Source: Fibrobacteria bacterium
Lineage (GTDB): Bacteria > Fibrobacterota > Fibrobacteria > UBA11236
Length of the DNA: 36,743 bases
Assembly: GCA_043745805.1 (NCBI GenBank)
Contig: JAYTSD010000015.1
Span: 1 to 36,743 of the forward strand
Direction of reading: 5' to 3'
The notes under the pieces: generated by a model
Seen by the model: only the letters and a program-made list of their open reading frames with translations
Databases searched by the model: none
Told to the model about the DNA's origin: nothing
Shown: positions 27,459 to 36,743 of the stretch, in pieces
Layout: each line of letters begins with the position of its first letter
How positions within the stretch are numbered: the stretch's first letter is position 1
Translations under genes and position numbers: made by a program

Positions 27459-29776
27459 TATTCCGAACCTTGACGTCTTTCTACCGACTGAATGCCTTTA
27501 ATTTTGTGCATCGCCTGCATAGCTTTTTCGAGTTGTTGTACATTACTGACTTGTATGCGAAAACGATTACGTACCAAATCACGTACCGTAACAATGGAGG
27601 CACGCTCCACATTAATTTTGGCTTTGGAAAAGACTTCGGTAATATCCTTCAATAAACCGGATCGATCTTTACCATTGATTTCCAAAGTCACATCAAATTT
27701 CTGACCTTCTTCATTACGCCATTGCACAGGAATGACGCGATCTTCATCTTTCATAAGTAACATGCCCTGCGGACAATTGGCACGATGCACTGAAACACCA
27801 CGTCCTTTGGTTACAAACCCTTTAATACGATCGCCAGGCACCGGATGACAACAAGTGGCGAAACGAATGAGCATATTTCCCATGCCCGAAACTAAAACCG
27901 AATCTTCCGTTTTGGTGGGACGCTTAAACATCATGCGATCGAGAACGCCAGGTTTTTTGCGATTAGGATTTAACTCTTGTACAAATTGAGAAATTGAACC
28001 TAAGGAGATTTCTCCATGTCCTAGCTTCTCATATAAATCATCCCATTTGGCAACGCTAAATTTTGCGGAGAAAGGGGTAAAATTATTTTGCAATTCTTGC
28101 GGTAAATGTGTGATGCGAAATTCGCGTTCTAAAATTTCTTGTCCCAGTTGAATGCTATGCGCAGTTTCTTCGGTACGTAACCAACGTCGGATTGCACTTT
28201 TCGCTTTAGTGGTGGCTGCAATATTCAGCCAATCCTTGGAAGGATGTTGTGAATCCGATTTTAAAATTTCAATGCGCTCACCGGTTTGTAAAATGCGATG
28301 CAATGGCGCTACATTACCATCCACTTTGGCACCAATACATTTCAAACCTAATTTAGAATGCAAAGCAAAAGCAAAGTCTAAAGCCGTGGCTCCTTTGGTC
28401 AATTGCACTAAATCGCCTTTGGGCGTGAAAACAAAAATTTCGCCTGGCGCTAAATCCCCACGGAAAAATTCCATGAATTCGGAAGAATCGGTTAAATCTT
28501 TTTGCCAATCTAAAATTTGATTCAACCATTTGTTTTGGCGATCAATATTTTTAGCGTCCATGCCTTCTTTATATCCCCAATGTGCGGCGATGCCTTGCTC
28601 AGCCGTCAAATCCATTTCTTCGGTACGAATCTGTACTTCAATTGGTTTGCCGCCTGGACCAATAACCGTAGTATGTAAACTTTGATACATATTGGTTTTA
28701 GGCGTTGCGATATAATCTTTAAAACGACTTTGTAAAGGAGTCCATATTGAATGCACCAAACCCAAAGCGCCATAACAATCACCAACGGTTTTTACAATTA
28801 CGCGCAAAGCATAGAGATCGTAAATTTCTTCGAAAGTGCATTGCCGAGATTGCATTTTATGCCAAATACTAAATAAATGTTTGGGGCGACCAAATACTTT
28901 TCCTGATACTTGAGATTTTAATAAAACTTCTTTTACCGGCGATAAAATACTACGAATATATTCTTCGCGTTCTTGGCGCTTCTCCACTACTTTTTTTACC
29001 AAATTCTTATAGGCATCGGGATTTAAATATTTGAAAGCTAAATCTTCAAATTCCCATTTGATTTTACCTAATCCAAAGCGATGCGCTAATGGCGCATATA
29101 CTTCCACGGTTTCCGCAGCGATAGCCTTTTTCTTATCGTCTTTCATGTAATTGAGGGTGCGCATATTATGCAAGCGATCCGCAAATTTAATCATGATCAC
29201 GCGCACATCTTTGGCCATGGAAATCAACATTTTGCGAAAAGTTTCCGCCTGCGCTTCGGCACGCGACTTCACTTGTAAGGCCGAAATTTTAGTAACGGAT
29301 TCCACTAAAAAAGCGACTTCATCGCCAAATTTTTCTTTGATTTCCTGAATGGAGTATTTGGTATCTTCCACCACATCATGCAGTAACCCTGCAGCTACGG
29401 TAACACTATCCATATGTAAGTCGGTTAATAATTTCGCCACTTCAAAGGGGTGTTCCGCATAGGGCATACCGGAGCGACGAAATTGATTCGCATGGGCTAC
29501 CACAGTAAAGTCGATAGCTCTTTCGATTAAATCGCGATTGAAGTGCGGATCCCGTGCTTGAATATAGGAGAGTAAGTGCTCTTTCGCGCGATCCAGATTA
29601 CTTTCAATTTCAGGAAGTTTTATTTCATCAGCCGTTTCAATATCGGGAAGTTCGAAATTCACATCGGCCTCCGCAACCACAGCAGATATTGGAGACAAAT
29701 TTGGAGACGTATTATTTTCAGCGGCTAATATTGGCTTAGCGGTGGATAAATCCCCTTCTCGTGCAGAATTTTCCAT
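27458..29776 (-). CDS. relA: Bifunctional (p)ppGpp synthetase/hydrolase (long RSH)
   Basis: HD motif LHDVVED, ADRLHN, RFKD, YQSLHT and EVQIRT; TGS, CC and ACT domains. Confidence 0.93.
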   Translation of the reverse strand: MENSAREGDLSTAKPILAAENNTSPNLSPISAVVAEADVNFELPDIETADEIKLPEIESNLDRAKEHLLSYIQARDPHFNRDLIERAIDFTVVAHANQFRRSGMPYAEHPFEVAKLLTDLHMDSVTVAAGLLHDVVEDTKYSIQEIKEKFGDEVAFLVESVTKISALQVKSRAEAQAETFRKMLISMAKDVRVIMIKFADRLHNMRTLNYMKDDKKKAIAAETVEVYAPLAHRFGLGKIKWEFEDLAFKYLNPDAYKNLVKKVVEKRQEREEYIRSILSPVKEVLLKSQVSGKVFGRPKHLFSIWHKMQSRQCTFEEIYDLYALRVIVKTVGDCYGALGLVHSIWTPLQSRFKDYIATPKTNMYQSLHTTVIGPGGKPIEVQIRTEEMDLTAEQGIAAHWGYKEGMDAKNIDRQNKWLNQILDWQKDLTDSSEFMEFFRGDLAPGEIFVFTPKGDLVQLTKGATALDFAFALHSKLGLKCIGAKVDGNVAPLHRILQTGERIEILKSDSQHPSKDWLNIAATTKAKSAIRRWLRTEETAHSIQLGQEILEREFRITHLPQELQNNFTPFSAKFSVAKWDDLYEKLGHGEISLGSISQFVQELNPNRKKPGVLDRMMFKRPTKTEDSVLVSGMGNMLIRFATCCHPVPGDRIKGFVTKGRGVSVHRANCPQGMLLMKDEDRVIPVQWRNEEGQKFDVTLEINGKDRSGLLKDITEVFSKAKINVERASIVTVRDLVRNRFRIQVSNVQQLEKAMQAMHKIKGIQSVERRQGSE

Positions 29777-29803
29777 GCTCCCCTCAAGAGATAAAGTCTC
29801 TTA

Positions 29804-31315
29804 TTAACTTAAATAAAACTCTTCAATATCCGTACCCCAGCCTTCGAGTTGCTTGATACGACTAGGATGCTGCAATTTGGCTAGAGCTTTACCTTCGATT
29901 TGGCGAACGCGTTCACGGGAGATGCGATATTTATCGCCAATTTCTTTTAGGGTTTTTACTAAACCATCATCCAAACCAAAACGCATTCGTACAATGGCTT
30001 GTTCTTTAGGGTCGAGCGAATCCAGTACCCCATCGATTTGCTTGCGTAGCATACGCATATTCACACCTTGCGAAGGTTTTTCTGCGCTTTTGTCTTCGAT
30101 GAATTCAGAAAAGGTATTACTTTGATCACCCGAAACATAATCATCTAAAGAAATTGGGTCTTGCGACACGTCCATGGCTAATTGCACTTTTTTAATCGAG
30201 CAACCCACTTTAGTGGCTACTTCTTCTGGATTAGGATCTTTTCCCGTTGATTGTTGTAATTCACGGCAGGCACGCATGACCTTACGCACAATATCGAGCA
30301 TATTGGCAGGGACGCGTACAGTTTTCGCTTTATCCGCAATGGCACGCGTAATGCTTTGTTTAATCCACCAAGTCGCATAAGTGGAAAACTTATAGCCCTT
30401 CGTGTAATCAAAATTTTCAACCGCGCGAATTAATCCACTATTTCCTTCTTGGATTAAATCAATCAGCTCTAGGCCTTTTGAGGTATAGCGTTTGGCAATG
30501 GAAACCACTAAGCGCACATTGGCTTCGATAATTTCTTCTTTAGCTCTATCGCGCACAGCTTCCCATTGTTTGATTTTACGCAAACAATCCATTTCTTGTT
30601 CGGTACTGCCGAGTTCGCCTTTATATTTTCCCACTAAGCGATCGATTTGTTTATGATTGAGTTTAAAATGAATACATTCGTTCACCAAACGCAATTCCAG
30701 ATTTTCAATTTCCGAAGCTAAGGTTTGCAATTCAGGGTTCTCGCCACGACGGTCTTCACTAATAGCTTGATACTGATTGGATTGCTCTTCGAGCTTGTCG
30801 TATTGCTTACGCAGGCGCATAATGCTGGCAATGGCCTTTTCTTTTTCGCTATCATAAACTTTTTGATCAGTCCAGGCATCATTGTCGATTTGCAAAATTT
30901 CTTCAATGCGTAAATCTTCTTCGATTACTTGTCGACCTAAATTTAATACTTCAGCCACCATGCTTTTGGAACGGAATATAATCGCACCGATACGTTTTTG
31001 TACTTCTTCAATACGCTTAGCAATGCTCACTTCTTCTTCGCGTGAAAGCAAAGGCACTTTGCCCACCGAATTGAGATAAACCCAAGTAGGATCATTGTAA
31101 CGCGCAAGTTTCTTAATAGAATCCGCTTTAACGGGCTTGCGCGTTTTTACTGCAAATTCCGAAACCTGAACTTTTTGCCCCACAAAATATTGTCGGAGAA
31201 TATCGAACTCCTCATCCGAATGCGCTAGCGCTCGGATTTGGTTTTCGGCAATAAAGCCTTGCAGCTTAGCTTGCTTCTGTAAACGGCGAATAATTTGTCC
31301 ATCGAGTTCTGTCAT
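29804..31315 (-). CDS. rpoD: RNA polymerase primary sigma factor
   Basis: Region 1.2 DPTWVYL...PLLSREEE; ANVRLVVSIAKRY; GYKFSTYATWWIKQSITRAI; SRERVRQIE; ATGA-coupled to dnaG. Confidence 0.9.
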   Translation of the reverse strand: MTELDGQIIRRLQKQAKLQGFIAENQIRALAHSDEEFDILRQYFVGQKVQVSEFAVKTRKPVKADSIKKLARYNDPTWVYLNSVGKVPLLSREEEVSIAKRIEEVQKRIGAIIFRSKSMVAEVLNLGRQVIEEDLRIEEILQIDNDAWTDQKVYDSEKEKAIASIMRLRKQYDKLEEQSNQYQAISEDRRGENPELQTLASEIENLELRLVNECIHFKLNHKQIDRLVGKYKGELGSTEQEMDCLRKIKQWEAVRDRAKEEIIEANVRLVVSIAKRYTSKGLELIDLIQEGNSGLIRAVENFDYTKGYKFSTYATWWIKQSITRAIADKAKTVRVPANMLDIVRKVMRACRELQQSTGKDPNPEEVATKVGCSIKKVQLAMDVSQDPISLDDYVSGDQSNTFSEFIEDKSAEKPSQGVNMRMLRKQIDGVLDSLDPKEQAIVRMRFGLDDGLVKTLKEIGDKYRISRERVRQIEGKALAKLQHPSRIKQLEGWGTDIEEFYLS

Positions 31316-33036
31316 GGGTTCCCACCTTTGTTTCGGTTTCTGTTTAAGTCCACGAGCCGCTTTGCAAGAGCAGCTTTTTTAGCAAAATCATTTTCTTCGC
31401 CCATGCGTTTTTGAATAAAACGCGTTTCCAGGGCAGCCATTAAATCGCGGTAGTTTTTATGCAACAATTCCCAAGTCGAATTTTCTACGAACTCTGCGGT
31501 AGCAATAGCATCTTGGCCTTCAGAAGATAAGCTGGGTAAAAAATCTTTAAGATTTAATTTTTTTTCTTCCGCTACAAAGGCCAATAAATGATCGATTAAA
31601 TCTCGTACAAAAACATCCGCAATCCATTCCAACTGCAATTGGTCTATGGCCAACAAACAAGTTTCATAGGAAGACAATAATAAATCCAGTAATTGCCATT
31701 CGGGATGCGCGCGGTTAGGAGCGGATATTCTAGGAAACTCAGGAGTTATGGAAGAGGCACTTTGCAATACCGAAACCGGCAAAGTATTGAGTCCTAATTT
31801 TTGGCTGAGCTGTTTATAGTATTCGGATTTCACAAGAGGTGAAGGAATCACTTGTAAGGCTTCAACCGCTTGCTGCAAAAGGCTTTCCTTTTGTTCAGGA
31901 CTCCAAGTGCCGCCTTCGAGTGCATAAGGCTCGGTGAGAAAATCTACGACATTAGGGCTTTGTTGTAATAAGGCCAAAGTTTTTTCCGCCCCATTTTTAC
32001 GCACAAAACTATCGGGATCCTCAGGAGACGGGAGTGCTGGAATTCGCACTTCCACACCCGCCGCTAATAATAAAGGAATGCTACGCAAAACAGCTTTGCG
32101 ACCTGCGGCATCGCCATCAAAAAATAAATAGGCTTTTTTTACAAAACGAGCAAGGGTTTGCACATGTTCCGTAGTTAAAGCCGTGCCAGACACTGCTACG
32201 GCATGATGAATGCCCGCTTGCCATAGTGCAAGCAAATCCATATAGCCTTCCACCAAAATCACTTCGCTGTTTTGTGCGATAACACTACGCGAAAAATTAA
32301 ATCCATAAAGAACTTTGCTTTTATGATAGAACATGGATTCGGGAGAATTCATATACTTGGCAAAATCACCATTCCCTAATAAACGTCCGCCAAAACCAAT
32401 AACATGGCCACTTAAATTCCAAATAGGGAAAATCAAACGGCCTTGAAAACGATCATAATAACGGCCTTGGGAATTTTGCCCAATAATACCCGCATCCATA
32501 AAGGATTCCACGGGGATTTTTTTCGCAGCTGCTTTTTGCAAAAGCTTATCCACACTTTGGGGCGCATAACCGATTTGAAAATGTTTAGCTGTAACCGGTG
32601 TGATACCTCTACTTCTTAAGTATTCATGCACTTCCGTATTTTGCGCAAGTTCATCTTGGTAAAATTGACAGGCAAGTTGATTCGCTTGTAAGGCTAATGT
32701 GCTTTTATCTTTTTCACCGGCATCGCGCGTATGCCCTAAATTATCAGGTATGACAATGCTCGCTTTGTCGCATAGTAGGCGCAATGCATCGATAAAGCCA
32801 ATCTTTTCATATTCTTGCACGAAATGAATCACATCGCCACCGGCTCCGCAGGCAAAGCATTTATAAAGGTTGAGCTGTGGCGTGACATGCATGCTGGGGC
32901 TACGATCATTATGGAAAGGGCAAAGACCAAGATAACGACTCCCTGCTTTCTTTAAAGGAATATACTGCCCAATCACTTGCACAATATCAAGATTTTCCTT
33001 TACTTGCAGAATAATGTCTTTTAAGGAAACAGGCAT
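31312..33036 (-). CDS. dnaG: DNA primase
   Basis: CPFH...CFAC zinc finger, FGGR, KYMNSPE, VEGYMD, FDGDAAG and DPD; ATG 33036 more plausible than 33108. Confidence 0.95.
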   Translation of the reverse strand: MPVSLKDIILQVKENLDIVQVIGQYIPLKKAGSRYLGLCPFHNDRSPSMHVTPQLNLYKCFACGAGGDVIHFVQEYEKIGFIDALRLLCDKASIVIPDNLGHTRDAGEKDKSTLALQANQLACQFYQDELAQNTEVHEYLRSRGITPVTAKHFQIGYAPQSVDKLLQKAAAKKIPVESFMDAGIIGQNSQGRYYDRFQGRLIFPIWNLSGHVIGFGGRLLGNGDFAKYMNSPESMFYHKSKVLYGFNFSRSVIAQNSEVILVEGYMDLLALWQAGIHHAVAVSGTALTTEHVQTLARFVKKAYLFFDGDAAGRKAVLRSIPLLLAAGVEVRIPALPSPEDPDSFVRKNGAEKTLALLQQSPNVVDFLTEPYALEGGTWSPEQKESLLQQAVEALQVIPSPLVKSEYYKQLSQKLGLNTLPVSVLQSASSITPEFPRISAPNRAHPEWQLLDLLLSSYETCLLAIDQLQLEWIADVFVRDLIDHLLAFVAEEKKLNLKDFLPSLSSEGQDAIATAEFVENSTWELLHKNYRDLMAALETRFIQKRMGEENDFAKKAALAKRLVDLNRNRNKGGNP

Positions 33037-33363
33037 AGTAGTCCGTGTTAAAATGTCGGATACAAAATACCCATCCGATGTGGTCTTCACTAGGGTACTC
33101 ATGAACACAATCCGTTTACTTGTTTAAGAGCCTGTTTAGTTGCTTTTTTAATTTGAAACCCAATTTCTAACTGGAAAAAACTTGGAGAAAAAACTTTCTG
33201 ACAGATTTTCCCATTATAGATTCTTTAAATCAACTTTAACTTCTTCGGTTTTTTGATAAAAAAACTTTAATGCGAGAGAAAGGGACTTGACTCCCGATTC
33301 TTATGTCAGAGAAAGGTCAAAAAAAGGTAAAGAGGGCGTAAAGTGAACATAATTTTATCGGCT

Positions 33364-34185
33364 TTAAGCATTCGTGAAAAACAAGTTTTGTGCATTTTGT
33401 TCCAAAATCTCATGAAACTCCTCTAGTGCTTGTTTGCGAATTTCCGAAAAGGCGGACAATACAGCAATAAAATCAATGGGCAAGCTTTCCCCTAATTTAT
33501 GCTGCACATTTCCCACATAAGGTGCATCAGTTTCTAAGAGCACAAAATCAAGTGGCACATAAGCGGCCATTTCCCTAACACGATTTCGCTTTGCAAAAGT
33601 TAAAGCTCCAGAAAAACTAATGTGCAACCCCAAATCCAAAAATAATCGCGTCATTTCCAAAGAGGTGGATAGCGAATGCATCACGCCTTTTAACTGGCCG
33701 CGATAGTCGGCCAAAATATCATAGGTCTTTTGCACCAAGCCTACACAATGAATAATAACCGGTAACTTTTTCGCGATGGCGAATTCTAATTGATGGCGAA
33801 AAAAGAATTCTTGTTCTTCCAAAGTATTTTCGCTGCGATTATCCAAACCAATTTCCCCAATGGCATGTAAGCCTTCCGCTTCCCAATAAGGCGAAAACAC
33901 ATCCAGTTCATAGCCTTTTAAAAAAAGCGGATGCAAACCCACAGCCCGCCTTACTTGTGTGGGGTGGTTTTTCCAAATTTGCATAGACCGATGCCAAGAA
34001 AAAGGTTTATAGCCAGGAATCACAAATCGCCCAATACCCGCTTGATTGGCAAGCTGCATATTTTCTGCGAGATGTTCAAAAATTGGCTTATCGGTTAAAT
34101 GCACATGCGTGTCGGTCCAAGTTAATATCGGACTCAGCTTCTTCTCCAACAAATCAGAGAATTTTTCCTTCGCATTAGTATTCAT
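33364..34185 (-). CDS. tatD: TatD family hydrolase
   Basis: DTHVHL, VGLHP, AIGEIGLD, LPVIIH and LLETDAPY. Confidence 0.9.
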   Translation of the reverse strand: MNTNAKEKFSDLLEKKLSPILTWTDTHVHLTDKPIFEHLAENMQLANQAGIGRFVIPGYKPFSWHRSMQIWKNHPTQVRRAVGLHPLFLKGYELDVFSPYWEAEGLHAIGEIGLDNRSENTLEEQEFFFRHQLEFAIAKKLPVIIHCVGLVQKTYDILADYRGQLKGVMHSLSTSLEMTRLFLDLGLHISFSGALTFAKRNRVREMAAYVPLDFVLLETDAPYVGNVQHKLGESLPIDFIAVLSAFSEIRKQALEEFHEILEQNAQNLFFTNA

Positions 34186-34243
34186 CAAAAGATTTTTTCA
34201 TGTTTAACCCTTCGCCCTTATTTTAGCAATTAATTTTCTCCCC

Positions 34244-35356
34244 ATGTCAGAAACTAATTTTTCTCCCTCACTAGGTTCGCTAAACCCACTAGATCATTTT
34301 GGCCCAGTTGCTTTGCCACTGCTGATTTTAGGGATGCCTGGCGTACCGGGTTATAATGCTTTTTATTTTTTTCGCAAACTTTTTGGGGATGCGGTTTTTG
34401 GTTTAACACCTTTGCATGCTCAAGAATTAAATGGACCAGGGATTATCAGCGCCGAAGCCGAAAATTTCGAAGCTTTAAAAAAAGTTTTTGATGATTATCA
34501 ATTTGCTTCTATTGTCGATGCCTCCGGCTGGTGCGCTTTAAAATCGGCAGAATATAATGTGGAACTCGCCCGCAAAGTCAATGTGGATATAGGTGAAAAT
34601 GTCATGCGTTTAGCCAGTGAACGAGGTTGCAAATTGATTCGACTCTCTACCGATTTAGTTTTTGACGGCTTGCCTTATGAAAAAAATGGGGTCATTACCG
34701 AAGGAAATTATACCGAAGAGTGGCCGGTTTCTCCGGTTACCGTGTATGGAAAAATGATGGCCTTAGCGGAAAATAAAATTTTATCGGGTTATCCTGCCGC
34801 CAGCGTATTGCGCATTTCCCTGCCAATGGGCCCTTCTTGGAACGGGCATGCCGGGGCCATCGATTGGATCGAATCGCGCTTTCGCAAAAACTCACCCGCT
34901 ACACTTTATTTTGATGAAGTGCGTAGCAGTCTGTATGTGCAAGATTTAAATCAAGTACTCTTGTATTTTTTAACGCATTCTCACGCCGGAATTTATCATG
35001 TTGGTGGCCCTTTAGCTTTAAGTTTGTATCAAATCGCACAAGTGATTAATCGTCTAGGTAATTATCAATCCGATTTACTCATGGGCTGTCCGCGTGCTGA
35101 AGCAGGGCCTATGCCTCCTCGCGCGGGGCATGTGGGAATGGATATCTCTAAGGTAACTGCAATATTACCCCTAGGAACACTTAATACTTGGCCTTTAAGT
35201 GCTGAGCAAATCCCTACCGATAAACAATGGCATGCGCCAAGAAACGCGCTATTTCCTAAACACAGTATTTCCAAATTGCTGTATGGCTATGCGGGAAATG
35301 ATCATCCGGAAAAAATTATTCCTAAAACCCATCCTTGGCATATTGATTTCAATTAA
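34244..35356 (+). CDS. RmlD-like sugar-nucleotide reductase (extended SDR)
   Basis: LSTDLVFDG, YTEE...PVTVYGK and GIYHVGG; atypical Gly-rich motif GMPGVPG. Confidence 0.8.
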   Translation: MSETNFSPSLGSLNPLDHFGPVALPLLILGMPGVPGYNAFYFFRKLFGDAVFGLTPLHAQELNGPGIISAEAENFEALKKVFDDYQFASIVDASGWCALKSAEYNVELARKVNVDIGENVMRLASERGCKLIRLSTDLVFDGLPYEKNGVITEGNYTEEWPVSPVTVYGKMMALAENKILSGYPAASVLRISLPMGPSWNGHAGAIDWIESRFRKNSPATLYFDEVRSSLYVQDLNQVLLYFLTHSHAGIYHVGGPLALSLYQIAQVINRLGNYQSDLLMGCPRAEAGPMPPRAGHVGMDISKVTAILPLGTLNTWPLSAEQIPTDKQWHAPRNALFPKHSISKLLYGYAGNDHPEKIIPKTHPWHIDFN

Positions 35357-35406
35357 GGCATCGATTAATTGCCGAAACCTAGGCACGAATTTATATTTCT
35401 CGCCTT

Positions 35407-35483
35407 GGTCGTTTAGCTCAGTTGGTTAGAGTACATCGTTCACATCGATGGGGTCGAAGGTTCAAATCCTTCAACGACCACCA
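35407..35483 (+). tRNA. tRNA-Val(CAC)
   Basis: Cloverleaf: acceptor GGTCGTT/AACGACC, D arm GCTC/GAGT, anticodon arm CATCG-TTCACAT-CGATG, T arm GAAGG-TTCAAAT-CCTTC, encoded CCA; 77 nt. Confidence 0.97.
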
Positions 35484-35584
35484 AGTATTGCACATCACTT
35501 TTAATTTTAAAGTAAAGTTTTGGAACAAACTTCCTATACTGAAAAAGCCATCGATGCATAAATCCTTTTTTTAGGGACCACAAC

Positions 35585-35887
35585 ATGATTTATATAACCG
35601 TAAAACTTTTTGGCCGAAATGGGTTTAAAGGCGAATTTAAAGATTATGAAAGCAAAGCCTTAAATATTTTTAAAAAGTATGGCGGGGAAGTAATTATTGC
35701 TTATGCGCCATTAGTCGAAATCAAAAGCGACAATACTCCTGATGAAATTCAAATTTTAAAAATCGCCACGCAAGAAGCCTTCAAAAATTTTATGGTTGAT
35801 CCGGAAAGGCTAAGCATGGCCGCTGAACGAGATGCCGTCATACGCAAAACTGAAGTTTTTGTTTCGGGTGAAGTTGTGGATTATTGA
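35585..35887 (+). CDS. DUF1330-like small protein
   Basis: FKDYESKALNIFKKYGGEVI pattern typical of DUF1330; RBS AGGGA. Confidence 0.7.
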   Translation: MIYITVKLFGRNGFKGEFKDYESKALNIFKKYGGEVIIAYAPLVEIKSDNTPDEIQILKIATQEAFKNFMVDPERLSMAAERDAVIRKTEVFVSGEVVDY

Positions 35888-35975
35888 GTTCAAAAACTTC
35901 CTGTTTCCGAATTATTAATATCGCTAGAATAAGATGGCTAGATAAAAAACCATTCTCCCCTGAATTTTCTTAACA

Positions 35976-36185
35976 ATGAAATTACCTTCAGGATTCACAA
36001 AGGAAATATCATGACGGATTTAAACCCCACTCTCTCAAGTAAACTTGCTTGATTCAATTAAAGAACACAAACCGGATGCACGTCCATTGAAAATCTCGGT
36101 TATGAATTATAATGCCGGTAGTACAGCCGCCCGATTCCTTGTGGGTTTTGGAGCAGGCTCAGCAAGATTAGTTGTTGAAGAATGA
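35976..36185 (+). pseudogene. Decayed fragment resembling DUF4410 proteins
   Basis: One frame reads MKLPSGFTKEIS*RI*TPLSQ...LKISVMNYNAGSTAARFLVGFGAGSARLVVEE*, with two internal stops; GSxAxRxxVGFGAG motif recognised from memory. Confidence 0.55.
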
Positions 36186-36301
36186 AAATGGATGAGTTAA
36201 GCGCATGAAGCGAATTTTTATTAGTAGCGTGCAAAAAGAATTTGCAACAGAGCGATCTGTATTCGGTGATTTTTTATTTTATCTAAAATTAATTCATGCA
36301 A

Positions 36302-36472
36302 AGGGGAAAGCCTTCCCCTAGCCTCGGCTTCCCTTTTTCGTATTTTGTAGAGGCACGTTTGTTTTTCGTAGGGGCACAAAATTTTATGCCCCTACGAAAA
36401 ACGAAAACGCGTGATCCTCATCTACCCCATCTAAACGCATGTGGGGTCAAATCACAGCGCCCTTATGTATTA
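36302..36472 (-). ncRNA. Candidate structured non-coding RNA or element end (copy B)
   Basis: Same conserved stem and CACATGCGTTTAGA core (here with ACCCCA/TGGGGT pairing), variable long hairpin, and terminal AGGGGAAGGCTTTCCCCT. Confidence 0.4.
36335..36407. repeat. REP-like GTAG palindrome with an extra half-copy
   Basis: GTTTTTCGTAGGGGCA/TGCCCCTACGAAAAAC perfect 16-bp stem (36361-36402), preceded by TTTTCGTATTTTGTAGAGGCACG. Confidence 0.8.
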
Positions 36473-36476
36473 AAAG

Positions 36477-36743
36477 TCAGTCTTTGAGAGCATTCATTCC
36501 ATTGGATTCAGGAATAAATGCTTCAATGATCAAAGTGTTGCCTTCCACAAAAATATTATGTCTTAGTGAAATAAAATCGGATTCAATTTCTAGTTGATGG
36601 GGCGATAGATATTTTAATGCGAATAATTTTCTTTCCTTGGGCAAGGGGTGTTGTCCGGAATTATGTTTACACAATTCGGAGACATAATGAAAGAACTGGT
36701 CAATCAGCGAAATTTTACCGAAGAATTCAAACGGTTTGTGGTA
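36477..36743 (-). CDS. Partial CDS (C-terminal 88 aa) of an unidentified multicopy protein, open to the window edge
   Basis: Frame open from 36743: YHKPFEFFGKISLIDQFFHYVSELCKHNSG...IEAFIPESNGMNALKD*. Confidence 0.7.
   Translation of the reverse strand, partial: YHKPFEFFGKISLIDQFFHYVSELCKHNSGQHPLPKERKLFALKYLSPHQLEIESDFISLRHNIFVEGNTLIIEAFIPESNGMNALKD

Larger units (their letters stand above)
36302..36529 (-). repeat. Right copy of the dispersed repeat, inverted relative to 1-223
   Basis: Reverse complement aligns to 1-121 and 194-223; the 76-nt insert at 36332-36407 differs. Confidence 0.92.

Noticed and set aside
357-35429. Many short ORFs overlapping the called genes
   Set aside because: They are antisense or alternate-frame shadows of well-supported CDSs with no recognisable motifs.
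36296-36487. 63-aa plus-strand ORF
   Set aside because: It overlies the palindromic non-coding element, and the other copy's insert differs by 4 nt, so the frame is not preserved.
35440-36743. att-site duplication of the tRNA 3' end
   Set aside because: No second copy was seen in the window; the AACGACC at 175-181 is too short to be meaningful.

Overview
AT-rich bacterial chromosomal window. Fibrobacterota-like affinity is inferred from secreted proteins with short basic T9SS-like C-terminal tails, a TSP3-OmpA protein and a standalone EF-G. The left part is accessory or envelope-related: two secreted GSDH/PQQ-type sugar dehydrogenases, a CBM-like protein, an orphan ClpV/TssH, a PDZ-thioredoxin, a TSP3-OmpA protein, and a chaperone-usher pilus locus with a tandemly duplicated pilin unit and an usher with a duplicated N-terminal module. 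The right part is mostly housekeeping (citrate synthase, icd, murB, fusA, rel, rpoD, dnaG, tatD, tRNA-Val(CAC)), followed by a decayed accessory tail. The most striking observation is that both window ends carry inverted copies of the same unidentified element. Each copy has the identical 3' end of an unknown gene followed by a ~170-nt structured non-coding segment, in which conserved blocks flank a 72-76-nt variable hairpin that is a different REP-like palindrome in each copy.
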